Below, one piece after another: positions 1 to 12,690 of a stretch of DNA of 64,000 nucleotides. The position numbers were made by a program, and so were the translations under genes. The DNA is from Chrysemys picta bellii (Eukaryota): NCBI RefSeq assembly GCF_011386835.1, contig NC_088793.1, positions 163,246,001-163,310,000 on the forward strand, read 5' to 3'. A model generated the notes under the pieces. It was not told the origin of the DNA, did not search any database, and saw only the letters and a list, made by a program, of their open reading frames with translations. Position 1 is the first letter of the stretch; the number at the start of each line of letters is the position of its first letter.

Positions 1-399
1 GGTGCCCGCCTTAGAAATCAAATTTCACGTGGAGGGAATAGGGATTTTAGTGGGGTGGCTGAGGGGTGGTTTAGAGTTTGTTCCCCGATCTGTCCGGTGT
101 CTTGCCTTGCCTCTTCCGATAGGTGAGGCTTTTCAGGCAGTCACAAAGCTCAGGGTGACACAATAAGTCAAGTGAAATCAAGCCACACACCGCATGCAGG
201 GCAGAGTATGTGCGTTTCAGATAGTGCACGGATGACTCTTTGGAGCAAAATGCAACCTGTAATAGGAAATGTGACTCTTGAAAAGGTAGGTATGTTGCTT
301 TATGCAATACTGGAAGAACCTAAGGCTGGGAGACCCTCAGCTGGGGAATGCGGGGCGTGGGAGAGTGAATTCGCTTCCAGCGTTTCTAAACCAATACTT

Positions 400-1140
400 G
401 AGCTCCAATCATACACTCCCAGGTTAGTGTGGCATTAAATTAACAGTCGGGGTGATCCAGGGCGTCAGGCTGTGTGCCCGGGGTGGAAACTCTCTTCGTT
501 TAGACACAAAGAAGAGAGCGAGAAGGAGTTACCCTGGAAAGCCAAAGAGCACGGTGAGTGTCTGTATTTGTTCTCCCGCCTCACCCCACCCCCATGATCA
601 AAGTGCAGTGAAAACCAGCGCGTGTTTGTGTTTGAGCCCTTCGGAATCCCCCGATCACTTGCGGGTTTTAGCGCACTCGTGGTCATGCCTGGGCTTTAAA
701 CACAGAGGATTTAGACTCGAGCGCGCGTACAATAGCAGGGAGAACTTGCAGTGCCTTGGCTAGAACTTTGCTGCCTCGTGTGGAAAAAGTGACTTGGATC
801 CAAGGCCATTTATAGGTGGCCGTGAAGCCTCCTTTTCAATAAGCAGCCGTGGAAAAGCGGCAGCGGCAAGCCGGCTGCCTTATTGCTTCAAGACGTTGGA
901 CCGTCAGATCCCCACTCCCCGCACTGCACCTACAAAGCCACAGCTCTTGTTGGCTGGGGCAACTGTCAAAAGCGGGAGGGCATCATGGTTTGCTGACCCC
1001 TAGTTCGGACACGTTTACTTGACAATCACAGGCATAGGGCACAAGAGTGCTAGATGCAAGACTTTCCCCTTGCCTTTCAGGACTACACACAATACAGGGC
1101 ACCTGCAGGGCTGAAAGTGGGCCAGGGCCACACGGTAGGT
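400..1140. promoter_or_regulatory. CpG-enriched segment with no recognisable TE (possible CpG island / regulatory region)
   Basis: Visibly more CpG than the AT-rich flanks; contains splice-like signals at 504-553 and 1081-1134. Confidence 0.35.
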
Positions 1141-2699
1141 ATCAGATCACACACAGCAGAAGAAAGAAATTCAGTTAAAAATATATTAGTTCATATCAAA
1201 GGGCGAGCTTGATTTTTTTTTTAAACAAAGGTGCACATTAGAACAAGCTAGAAGCGTTTTGTGTCTGATACTCTCTCCACGCCCACTGGAAATAAAGCAC
1301 AGCCTGCTCTTTCTTTGCGTCTTTTAAACTCCCTTTTAATTAGAATTGCTAAAGTAGGACACCCCGGTGGAAGATGTTTTCAGTATCCACCTACATCTCT
1401 GCTACAAGCAGAATTAGTGCCTGTTAAATCCACTGTTTGAAACCCAGCCCTCCTGCAAAACTCTTCCCCACCCCACGCGCTGTTTTGCCACCTTCTCATC
1501 CCCACAAATTGCAGGGTATTGAGGGAAAGGTTACTCTATTTAAAACAATCTCTAAAGCAACAATGAGGAGGCTGGATTCAAAAAGCCTTGCCTTGTTGCA
1601 CGCACATCAGAAAGCCTGCGGTTGGGAGTATCCCTTAGAACTCATTTATTTTTTTTAAAAAGTTCAAACGTAGGTGTGCCCCTTCACACGTCTACTTTAA
1701 TTTATTTGATTACATCATAAAAAAGATAAAATCGTCTGCTTCTGGTTATGTGCCTCCACCGAACTAAAAGCTGAAGCTGGGCTGAGCTGTGGCATCGGCA
1801 CTAGTTAACTAATGGCAATGACCGAAATGAAGTTTTAGCCCTTGCTTCACTCGAAGCGGGATTACCACGGAACCTCATGCACTTCTCCTAATTTGCGCAT
1901 CTTAGTTTCTTGCTACTTCCCCCCCCCCCCTTGCTCTGATGTTTCTGATGATGGCGGAGGCTGATCACATTTCTGCTGATGAAAGTGTCTGCCGAAACCA
2001 TTCTTTTTGCTTCTGTTATCAATGGCTTCAGAGAAAAAATGAAATCCTTTTGATAATGAAACACCTTGAACGTGTTAAGTTTAGAACCACTGCTGGGCCA
2101 ATGCAGGCTAACATGTAGTTTACATTTTCTATACCAAGATGACTATTTATTTCCAATGCTAAATAAGTACTAGGTTATATTCGCCTTCAAGGAAAGTTGT
2201 CCTTGTTAGAGCGCTAAAAACATTTTTAAAACCTTCCCCTTTAAAGCCTGGATCCCCCTTTAATTATTATCTATGTACAGATGAGTCTAAATTAACCCTT
2301 TAATATGAAGACGCCTGTCCACAAAGAATGATAATTCTCTTTCCTTCTTTCAAAGATAATTACAGGGAAGCATGCATTTTTTTACAGTTCATCAGTAATT
2401 TAACTGAACTATTATCCCCAGCATTCAGTCTGTTCAAAACGGTTTACCCTCTCCCCTACATTTTCTTTAAATACATTAAAACATGTTTGAAGTTGTGAAA
2501 AATAGTTTAGAATGTAGCTTTAGAATTAGCATGTGATCGCAATTACTGATCTGCCCTAACATGATCCGAATTATCTGAGCATAATTTAAAGTCTAACATT
2601 TGCTGACACAAATATGTAGCAAGCAAATAAAAACCACCCCCACAACAAATGCATAACAAACAGGAAGGAAAACCCCATCTTCTGCATAGCAACAGGTAA

Positions 2700-3800
2700 C
2701 ACACCTGCAGAGTTAAAGGGCTAAATGCCGGTCTTTAGCGGGCTAAAAACCGCCGGTATGTTTAAAACAAACAACTAGCGCACTTTCAACCATAGGATAC
2801 CAACAGAAAAATATAGCTAATGCCCAACGAAATTCAAGAAGTTTTAAGCTACCAGTGCGATGAATAGGAAATCTGCCAGGAAATCAAAAAGATCAGCGAA
2901 TAGCGACATAGTCTTGTTTGCAACTCACACCGCACCGCTAGCTTGTCAGTCGGCAGGAAGAAGAGGGCTTGCTTTTAAGCGGCACAGACACGTGTTGATA
3001 GTGAGCTGTCAAAGAATAACACGGTCTTCATAATGCCCCACCAGGCTAAGGACCCGTCAGGACTGAACCTCATAATGTCCATCTTGCCGGGACCTGGTAT
3101 TTTATTAAAGCGTCTGTAGCGAATCCGTGGCTCGGCCGTGCTTCCCACGGGGCAGTAATGCAGCAAAGGGGCACTTCAGTTTGAGGGGGCGATGCACAGT
3201 CTGTAGCTGGTTACTTAAACGTTGGGGTCAGATGGGGTGGGGCGGGCGCTGAGTAACCCTGACAAAAGTAACGGGTCTCCATCACTGTGCAAACAGACCC
3301 CCCCCCCCCAGGGTTTGTGTGCGGGGCGTGCCCAGGTAAGAAATATCGGCCACTCTCCTGGCTCAGCCACCAAAAACTTCCCGAGAGCCGCCCGGTTTAG
3401 GGACAGCTCCTTGCTACCAAATCCAAACACACCGGCCCGGGAAATAACTGCCCAGGGAGAGTGTGGGTATTGGCTGGGACAGTGCACCTGCATAGTGGGG
3501 CTGATTCTCCCGTCCTTACCCGGCAAAACTGTCGCTGAAGTCAATGGGAGTTTTGCCGGAGTAAAGCCTGCAATCCCTGGCTGCTAGGAAAGGGCCTGAG
3601 ATGTTCCGACAGGTCTTCCCTCGCCCTCCTTCCTCGCCACCCCTGGCTGGGTTTACGGGTTCACACACTTTGGAGGGCGCTCGGGAATGAAGATAAACGA
3701 GCAGCGTTCCCTTGCCTGATTCACTGAACTTCTTCCAAAACTCTATCCCGGCTATTAAAAGTTGTGTCACTCTTGCAAAGAACCGGTGCGCCGACTGGGA
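2700..3800. promoter_or_regulatory. CpG-enriched segment (possible CpG island / enhancer)
   Basis: GC- and CpG-rich relative to flanks; TAAT motifs at 3.0-3.2 kb; only a small palindromic repeat at about 3500-3575. Confidence 0.35.
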
Positions 3801-4384
3801 ACGGGGCTACAATTGCGATGAATACTAATCCAGAAAGGGAAACTGTTTGAGAGAGACCTTAAAGATCCTCTTGGCCACAGGAGCCCCCATTATATATTGT
3901 ATGCATTTTCTCTCTAATTAAAATCAGTTATTATTGCTGCTACAAAAAGAGAGTGCAACCCACAATAATATCTACAACAGACAGGGTGTATATTTCAATA
4001 ATGAGCAGAGAAGGCAAGTTGCACAGTTGCCGAACTTTTTGAACATCATACCTTGCATTTTCAGAGTTCGGCTGTTTGAGCTGTACAGAGTCAGAATATA
4101 TTTGGCCTAATCCGTTTCTTCTGGGTGTCCTCTTGGTTATACATAACAGCCCAATATTAAATGACCATGCAGTTTAAACACTTTGAGGAGATATTGAAAA
4201 TTCTCATTGAGAAACAGAGCAGCTAAAAACAAAGCCATAGCATTGTTAAGGAGGGATGATGCAGTCCTAAATAACATTGACAATATTAATGTGACTTCTT
4301 TGGAATATGGAAACCTTTTCAAACAGCAATACTATAGCCATACTTTGACTTAAAAAATCAAAATTAATTGTAATGATACTTTGC

Positions 4385-4615
4385 AACTGTATTGCACCTT
4401 TCATCCATGGATCTCAAAGCACTTTGCAAGCATTAATTAACCAGCCATCACATACCCATGTGAAATAGGTAAGTATTATTACATTTATTTGAGTGTTGTG
4501 GAAACTGAGGCACAGAATGGTTATGTGGGACATTGGGCAGGGCACAATGAGTCACTGGCAGATGTGAGCATAAAACTTCTGAGTCCTGAACCCCAGTTCC
4601 ATGCTCTGATAGATT
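4385..4615 (-). mobile_element. MIR-like CORE-SINE
   Basis: Reverse CORE motif ggaaactgaggcacaga plus tail ctcaaagcactttgc. Confidence 0.6.
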
Positions 4616-5033
4616 ATGCTTCCTTCCTTGTAACAAATAATAAAAGACAAGGACATTGTATTTTGAGATTCTGTGGAAATACTAATTTAATTCTCATATT
4701 TTATATCACCAGAACCCCTAAATGGATTTATATAAATGTATTACATAGTTACTTATTTTGTGTGTGTCTCTCTAACACATGCACAAACACATAAATATTG
4801 CAATACAATATTTTCACAATATTGACATATTATACAAATAATATATAACTTTATCAAAATGAACCAAATTTCATAAAGCCTGTACGGAATTTAATTGCAC
4901 TAAACTTCCCGAGACAAGGAAAGATTAAATACACAGTATATGACATTCACCTGTTTTACAGTAAACTCTTTTTTTTAATATACATTTATTAATACAAGTT
5001 ACACTAATGTCTACTGCATATGATAAACTTTGT

Positions 5034-5228
5034 GGCCAACATTTTCACACTGGCCTTTAGTTATGGGTGCCCAATTTAAAATTTTTTGGGCTTTTTTTCC
5101 CCAATGTTGAGCATTCAACTCCAAATTAAGTCAATGGAAGCAGTAATTCTCAGCATCTCTGAAAACCAGCCTCAAGGTGTCTCAGACTAGAAACTCAAAA
5201 TCTGAGATTGTTCTTGAAAATGTTGGCC
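5034..5228. mobile_element. Palindromic MITE (probably PIF/Harbinger-like)
   Basis: Perfect 14-bp TIR GGCCAACATTTTCA (5034-5047 / 5215-5228). Confidence 0.6.
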
Positions 5229-5769
5229 TGTGTTATTTAGGAGCCTTGACTCCTAATTTACTCTGAAGTTACAAGATCAGGTCCTAGAAGAGGCTCAGAG
5301 AAAGATGCAGGTATCCGATTAGGTAACTTGATTATACTTCACTGCTTCTAGCTCAGTATCTCTCTGCATTTGTCATCTTTATTAGCTTCTTGTTTAAATC
5401 CAACCAAGGATCAAATAATCAGTATGATATTAGTATTAGTATTTCAAAAATATTAATATGCCATATCTGGGTAAAATACATTCAGTACAATTTATAAAGG
5501 GAAGTCTCCCTTACACAAATACAATAATCAATAATGGCTAGCACAACCGAACAGCTGAAAATGTAAGTTTTGAAAGATGAAATATCATCACAGAAGTTGG
5601 TGAAGGTACCTCTTTCATTCTGCTGAAAACTGTCTGAAATAGAAACAGACTTTCAAGGAAAACAGTATACAGCTAGCTGAAACAAAGGGATTAATCAAGA
5701 CAAACCAGTACCTTGCTGATCTCACAGGATGCTGTATTTAATGAATGGAAGCTGCTTCTGTGTTTGGTT

Positions 5770-6130
5770 GGGAGACCAGGTAATACTATTGGTGATGTTG
5801 GCCCAACAGAGGGTTTCCACAGTTTGGGATAAATTTCTGATGCAAATAGATACAACTCTACTGAAGACAATGGAGTTGCACCTATTTACATGTTGGTTAA
5901 TTTGGCTCTTTTTGACTAATACCTTTTCATGAATCATACATATTACTTCCTGATGGATGAGAAAGTCATAAAAACTCTGCTCCACCTCTTGGAACCTTTA
6001 ACATTATCAAATCCAGACATAACAAGGGATTACATCAGGCAATGCCTAAATCTACCACTGATTTTTCTTTTTTCTTTTTTTAAGAAAGGAAGATGTTCAT
6101 GGCCAATTGATCCCTTGAATGAAACCTTTT
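5770..6130 (+). mobile_element. Highly decayed non-LTR retrotransposon RT fragment (L1/Tx1-like)
   Basis: Collinear degenerate motifs across frameshifts: VSTVWDKFL (cf. AFDxVxWxFL), GLHQ..PLIF (cf. GxRQGCPLSPLLF), PIDPL (cf. AIEPL). Confidence 0.4.
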
Positions 6131-6302
6131 ATCTCAAGAGTTTTTATTACTTTCATCTACCAATAGATACTCAAAACAAAACCAAGAACCCCCTCACACC
6201 TGGGATTAAGTCTGATTTCATTTGCAGTGGTTTCCCATCTGTGTAACACCACCGACCGAGTTCACCTGATTTACTCCTGATTTACACTTATGCAACTGAA
6301 AG

Positions 6303-6715
6303 CAGGGCCGGCTTTAGGCCAATTCCACCAATTCCCCCGAATCGGGCCCCGCGCTTAAGAGGGCCCCGCGCCCAGTGGCAGGGCTGCCCAGAGTGGGGGG
6401 CAAGTGGCAGAGAATCCCTTCCCTGGCTAGAAGCATCTTTTTAATTTTTACTCACCCAGCGGCGCTCTAGGTCTTTGGCAGCAGGTCCTTCACTCGCTCC
6501 GGATCTTTGGGGGCACTTTGGCGGCGGGTCCTTCAGTGCCGCAGAAGACCCGGAGTGAGTGAAGGACCCGCCGCCAAAGACTAGGAGTGCGGCCTGGTGA
6601 GTACAAGCCCCACGTGGTTTTTTTACGTGGTTTTTTTTTTTTTTTTTAGTCATCCCTGTCGGGGCCCCGTCGAAACTGTTCAAATCGGGCCCCGCACTTC
6701 CTAAAGCCGGCCCTG
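6303..6715. mobile_element. hAT MITE (Tip100/MER45-type ends)
   Basis: TIR CAGGGCCGGCTTTAGG; perfect 8-bp TSD ACTGAAAG at 6295-6302 and 6716-6723. Confidence 0.9.
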
Positions 6716-8669
6716 ACTGAAAGTAATATTCGGCCATAAGAAAATGACATAAACCAGCAACAAAGAGGAAATTTAAAAACTGAGGCTGACACTGTCTGTA
6801 ACTTTGTTTTGTAATGTGCCAACCAAAGCACAGACACAAATAAACACACTGATCCAAACATTGATACAATTCCTAATTGAGGGAACACAAAGTTAATGAC
6901 AAAGGTAAACTGTGAGTCATAATATAATTAGCAAATGATGATGTGCTAACTTCAGAAAAGTGTATAGGGGAAGGTAAAGGGGACTTTCCCTGCCTTCCCT
7001 ATAGAGAAATCAGATCTTAGCTACATAAGAAAGAGAGAGAGAACAGAGAACAATGTGAGCTATTTTGAGGATGTACGGTTAACAGCTTTCATATGGTATT
7101 TCTTTTCTTTCATCAGTTTATCTTGGATTCTTAACATTATCAAAACATTTTTTCTATTGAATTTCCTTGTTTTATTGTATTGGAATTTACTCAAAAAACA
7201 AAGAGGGCTTCTTCAAAATAATGTAACTCTCTCTCAGACATACAAGCATTACAAGGGCCATATCATGTCATCACTACATATGTAGATTTCCCACTAATGT
7301 CAATAGTTAGCATGCATGTTGGCCATGACTCAAGAGCATGATAGTCCATAGATTATTTCTGCAAATACATATGGTCTGTTATATAATTTATCGGCTCTCC
7401 TATGTGCACTTTCACCTGAGGGATTATACACACTTTTCTTCAAAATTGTTCCGTGTCTATTCATTTAGGCAATTAAAAAAAAAGATTCTATATTCAATAG
7501 ATAGCAACAGCTAAACTGATCTCCTGAATAAATACAGAGCTAGATAATTTTTTTAAAATGTATCGGGTGGTCTGGGACAGGTTTCATAGCATACTGTTTT
7601 AAAATGTACTTAGGATGTAGCTTGTGCATAGTAACCACATTTAGAAAAATAATTTGCAATAATGGCAAATATCTAATCTGTTTTGAATTTTTTTTTTTCA
7701 AAATGGACAGAGCAGTAAAGTCATACTAAGAATTGAAGACTTCCTAAATTTTATATTTTGAAATAAAATATATTTGGGGGCACATTATTATTATAATTTA
7801 TTTGTAATTTGTTAGTGTCTCCAGGCCCTAATTCACACGCAAAAGAAAAAGACAGTTCCTCCCCTAAAGAGCTTGCAAGAGCAGTAAGCCATAGTCTAGG
7901 TGACTTTTTGCATATTTAAACCAGTAATGTAAAAGTGGCTGCTACAGTCATGCAGTTAATGAAAGCTGAGTAACACAAGATGACAAATTAGTATAAGCAC
8001 CCTAAATAACTTCACTAATTGAGCTAAGGGCTCAGTCCTGCTTCCAATGCCAGAACTCCCATGGGCTTTAAGAGCCTGCTCTCATTGTTGGTTGTATTAT
8101 GGTACCAGAGCATTGTGGCTCCATTGTGCAGAGCATCATACAAACACATAAATAAGACACGGAAAAGCTTATGGTTTCAGGCTTCAATTTTTCATACACT
8201 TTCTTAGTATTGTGGTGCTCTCGTCATGTTACACTGAATGCAAATTGTTAGATTGGTACCATATCTGAGAAGCTGCCAATGACATGTTACTAAGCTTAAC
8301 ATCTGTCAGCAACGACTTTTACATAGCATGGTGTCTTCATATATTGTTCTCGATGTAATTAAAAGTTATGTATATTGTTAAACCTATGAAAAACCCAAGC
8401 CCATAAACAAGAAAAACTCACTAACATGGAAACTGATGCCTAAATGAAATCATTCTGTGTACGTGTATATACTTATGAGTCAAAACATTTTCAATAGAGT
8501 CAATCACACTCCTTTTTATTTTATATCCCCCCGTTATAAATATTTTAATATTCATGAGAAAAGAACAAGACTTTTAAAAAGAAAAAAATGTAGATTCTAA
8601 AATTTGGATGGGGAATGATAATAGTATCGTGAAAGCACAGGATGGGATGACCTATTTTCTATTTCTACC

Positions 8670-8770
8670 TGGATCAGTAAGTTCTTATGTCACTGTGGGT
8701 AATTTCCTTTATCTCGCTCTATGCCTCAGTTTATCCATCTGTAAAATGGGTAGAATAATAGTTTCTTACT
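8670..8770 (+). mobile_element. MIR-like CORE-SINE fragment
   Basis: gcctcagtttatccatctgtaaaatgggtagaataat matches the CORE motif. Confidence 0.65.
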
Positions 8771-9004
8771 TAGGTTATGGCTATAGAGCAGCTGGGAAAG
8801 TGCTTATGGTGTGGGTACACAGACGTACTAGCTCTGCTTGAGCTAGCATGGTAAAAATAGATGAGTGGCCACAGCAACATGCATGGCAGCTCAGGTTAGC
8901 CACTCTAGTACAAACTCCATGGGACTGTACTGCAGTGTAACCCCATAATAGCTTATATGATATAAAGGAGCCAAAGCAATTTACAGCTCTACCCATACAG
9001 TACT

Positions 9005-9170
9005 ATTGAAATGCAGCCACCTCTGGGGTGAAAGATCACAACCAACTGGATACAGTAGTGTAGAGAGGGAAAATTTTAGCCAAGGATAGCAGGAAAAACT
9101 CTTTTTAAGGGAAGTGTCATGGAAAAAGACTCCTGTATAGTAAACTGCATGGACCTCAATTTGTCTATGT
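9005..9170 (-). mobile_element. AmnSINE1/DeuSINE-like fragment
   Basis: gaaatgcagccacctctggggtg ... aattttagccaagga ... aagtgtcatgg ... ggacctc, collinear with the recalled reverse-strand AmnSINE1 consensus. Confidence 0.5.
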
Positions 9171-9729
9171 TGGTAGAATGAAGAAATGGATAAGCCTGCA
9201 GGATCCTGCCCTCCTCATGTGTTCGTAATTAACACGGATGTAAGTGAGGATGACAGGTGGTGTGGCTATGTCGATGAAAGAGACCGTAGTACACAGCTGA
9301 TCACTGAGGTCACACCCCCATTATCCAGCAAAGAGATCTTCATAAGTGTTGAAATCAAACTCTAGTTTTTTAAATACTTAAATGAAATCTTCTGCTTTTC
9401 TCTAACAAACAAACACATAAATATGCCGGATGGGGATTATGGGATTATGATTGGACCAACATAGATCTTTCCTAGATTAATACCAGGTGAAGGCCACATC
9501 AATTGTCATTAGAAAGGTGAAGGAAAGTCCTTAGCTTTGCAGTGAGGTGTCATTTGACCTCTGACCCTGATGTCATGATAATGTGGATTCTTAAGATTCA
9601 TGTTCTTCAAACAGGAATATCTTCTAGTGTGTATGACTCTAAATCAAACTTGTTTTTTTATTATATTATCTATTAAGCTAGCCTCAGATGCTTTATAGAA
9701 AACAGACACAGCAAACCTGAGACTGGTAA

Positions 9730-9920
9730 TAATACTAAAACACTTACATAGTAAACTTCATCTGTTGATCTCAAACGGCTTAACAAAGGAGGGTAAGTAT
9801 CACTATCGCCCTGTGTATACAAAGATGCGGAGTCACAGAGTGGTGAAGTGATTTGTCCAGGGTCATATTGTAAGTCAGTGACAGAGCTGGCAACAGAACC
9901 CAGGTCGCTTGGCTCCCCTA
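9730..9920 (-). mobile_element. MIR-like CORE-SINE
   Basis: gaagtgatttgtccagggtcata...gacagagctgg...agaacccaggtc (reverse CORE and tRNA-like head). Confidence 0.6.
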
Positions 9921-10062
9921 CAAACACATTATCTGTTAGGATTCCTATTGCATCTCAAAGCGCAAGAATTTTCTGGTAACATCATAAACTACTCAAACAT
10001 TGCTCCAGTTTTCTTCAATGGGAGCTTTGCACATGCATCCAATGACAGCATTTCATTCAGTA

Positions 10063-10376
10063 TCATAGAATCATAGAAATGAGGTCATCAAGTCCAGCCC
10101 CCTGTGCTGTGGCAGGACCAAGTAAACCTAAACCATCCCTGACAGTTGTTTGTCCAGGCTGCGCTTAAAAATCCTCCAGTGATGGGGATTCCACAATCTC
10201 CCTTGGAAGCATATTCCAGAACTTAACTACCCTTACAGGTAGAAAGCTTTTCCTAATATTGAACCTAAATCTCCCTTCCTACAGATCAAACCCATTACTT
10301 CTTGTCCTACATTCAGTGGCCCTGGAGAACAATTGATCACCGTCCTCTTTATAACAGCCCTTAACATGTTTGAAGT
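10063..10376 (-). mobile_element. CR1 LINE 3' end (5'-truncated)
   Basis: Reverse terminal repeat tcatagaatcatagaa; the reverse strand encodes the degenerate ORF2 end GRFRFNIRKSFLPVRVVKFWNMLPREIVESPSLE. Confidence 0.9.
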
Positions 10377-10421
10377 ATACATCTGTACAGTATATGTATG
10401 TGTCTGTACCTGGGTGTTAAC

Positions 10422-10493
10422 TAGAGATGGTTGATAAATTCCCCCAAATATTTTCGACTGAAATTAAAATTTAGAAAATTTCAACCATCTCTA
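10422..10493. mobile_element. 72-bp hAT-type mini-MITE
   Basis: 13-bp TIR TAGAGATGGTTGA; 8-bp TSD GTGTTAAC/ATGTTAAC (7/8). Confidence 0.75.
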
Positions 10494-11636
10494 ATGTTAA
10501 CCTCTATATTTCCATGGTTTTGATTATGCAAGCCCTTCGTGGGTGGAAGTACCTTTTGAAGTCAATAGGAGTTGCTTCAACATAGATGGCTTGTTGGACT
10601 GAGATATAGAAAGGATATCTAGCATCTGATTATTTGTTGCACCTCCCGGACAGCCCAGGGGGAAGGGACAAAGGTCTGGCTCTGGGGAAATAGCAAACGG
10701 ACACGTATGTTGTGCCAGCACCAGTAGAAGTCTCCATGGAAGCAACGTATAGGGCTGGAGCAGAGGACAGAATCTGTCCTATAATATTTTAGCTTTAAAT
10801 AGTGCACTCAGTTAGAGAATGATATAACATCCCATCAGTATAGGCATTAATATATGGGGATAGTTTTCTAGCAACGAGATATTAATGCTCCAGAAAATAG
10901 TAAGCTCTTAAATGCAGTATGATTCATACAGAAAAGGTGTAAAAACTAAAAAGGGTCAGTCAAAATGGTGGCCTATTGTACACATGGCCAATATGGCTGG
11001 TGATTAGGGATGTGGTTTTATAATGGGAATTTTTGTGAAAAAAATCATTGGATATTCGTTGCGTAAAAGATAAAGGTTTTGGAAATACAGAGGCACCAGG
11101 CTAAATCTCATTTAACTGATGTGCAAACCTGATGTCTCCCAGCATGTCTCACTGAAGTCAATGGAAAGGCTCTGACTGACTTCACCTGGGAGCTTGAATA
11201 AGCAGGCTCCAATAACCCAGTGATCCCATTTCTTGGCAATGATTTAGCGGCAAAATGCCCATTGAAGTCTCCTCCTAGGTAGATTGCTTTGATTTTACAC
11301 AATATACAGTAGTGATGATGCAGAGTATTACCTTAAGTAATTAAAGTTATACATGTCAAAATAAATGAACATGGCAGATTGGGCATGATTGTGATCTGAC
11401 TGGCTCATAAAAAGTGTAACTCCAATGAAGTCAGTGGAATTAAGCAAGTGTGAAAATTGGGGTGAGATCAGAATCAGGTTTACTAAGCTCACTTCTGCAT
11501 TCCTCTCACATCCAAACACTGATTGACTTCAGTAAGAGTTCTGGGTGTGAGGGAATGCAGGACTGGGCTGTTTCGTGATGCATTATCCCTTGAGTCTTTT
11601 TGCTGTACTTGTGAACATAGCCACTAATTCACTAAA

Positions 11637-12058
11637 GGCTAGATTGTAACTTTACACCCTGAGTAGGAGGCAGCCGGTAGCTGCACTTGCCACCCAGGGC
11701 AGACCAGAGAAGGAATACGGCAATAACAGTGTTACAATTCCGCTCCTGCTCCCCCTTTTGCTATGGGGGGGAGTCAAGGGAAAGTAAGTTACTTCACCCC
11801 TTTCCTTGGAACAGCTTACTCCCCTGTGTGTGTCCAGCCACTCCGGAGCTCCTTCCACTTCCCATACTTTCCCAACCCTTCCCTGCCCCACTTGATTGCA
11901 GCAGGGGAATACTGGGTGACTAGCCCCCATTCTTCCTCCTTGCCCCCTGTGGCTGGAGTTGAGCTGAGTTGAATGAGGAGAGCTGAACGGAGGGGTAGAA
12001 GGAGTGGGGGGGGGCTCTACTCCCCTTTGCGGTCAACAAGGGCTGTGCCAATCTAGCC
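11637..12058. mobile_element. MITE-like element with GGCTAGATTG ends
   Basis: 10-bp inverted ends; GC-richer interior; no clean TSD. Confidence 0.4.
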
Positions 12059-12584
12059 CCAAATTCACAATGGGTCTCCCTGGTATTAAAGTGTATTAGT
12101 GAGTTTCTACCATATAATTACAAAAAGGGTCAAAAGTCATGGGCATTATGTTGATCACCAAACAACCTTTATTTTTCCAGTTTTAGTGACATTAATCAGA
12201 ACTATACTTGTGTGGTTTTGGGGTTTGTTTTTTCCTAATTTTGTATGAAGGAGAAACTCCCAGATCTGACCTGTACTAGAGAAGTTGCATCTGTTTAACT
12301 AAACTGATTCCCGATTAATCTAATTAAATGGGTGCAAATCCCTAATCTAGATAAATTTTAAATCAATTTAATTAAACCAGCACAAAAATTCTAATATAAA
12401 CAAGACCTTGGCTTCTATGATGATGGATGCAGTGGATACAGCTTGACAGGAGATAAACAATTTGTCACCCCAAGAATTAACATCAAGTTGTATGCATAGG
12501 TAGTTTATGTAACCAAGCATTTCTGTTGCAATTATTCTTTCCCCCTTACTTCCTATTGTTTGTTACACTCAGTTGTGGCATCTT

Positions 12585-12690
12585 TTTTTAGCTTGTAGGC
12601 TCTTTGGTGCAGAGACCTTGCCTTATCATGCGTTTATACAGTGCCTGGCTAAGTGAGGCCACAAGGTGCTACCCTAATACAAATCAATAA
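12585..12690 (+). mobile_element. L2-type 3' tail fragment
   Basis: tgtaggctctttggtgcagagacc...tacagtgcctggc...aatacaaatcaataata resembles the L2/L2-SINE 3' end. Confidence 0.5.

Noticed and set aside
1976-1998. CTGATGA...GAAAC hammerhead-like core
   Set aside because: The intervening AAGTGTCTGCC does not form stem II, and no stem I or III partners were found
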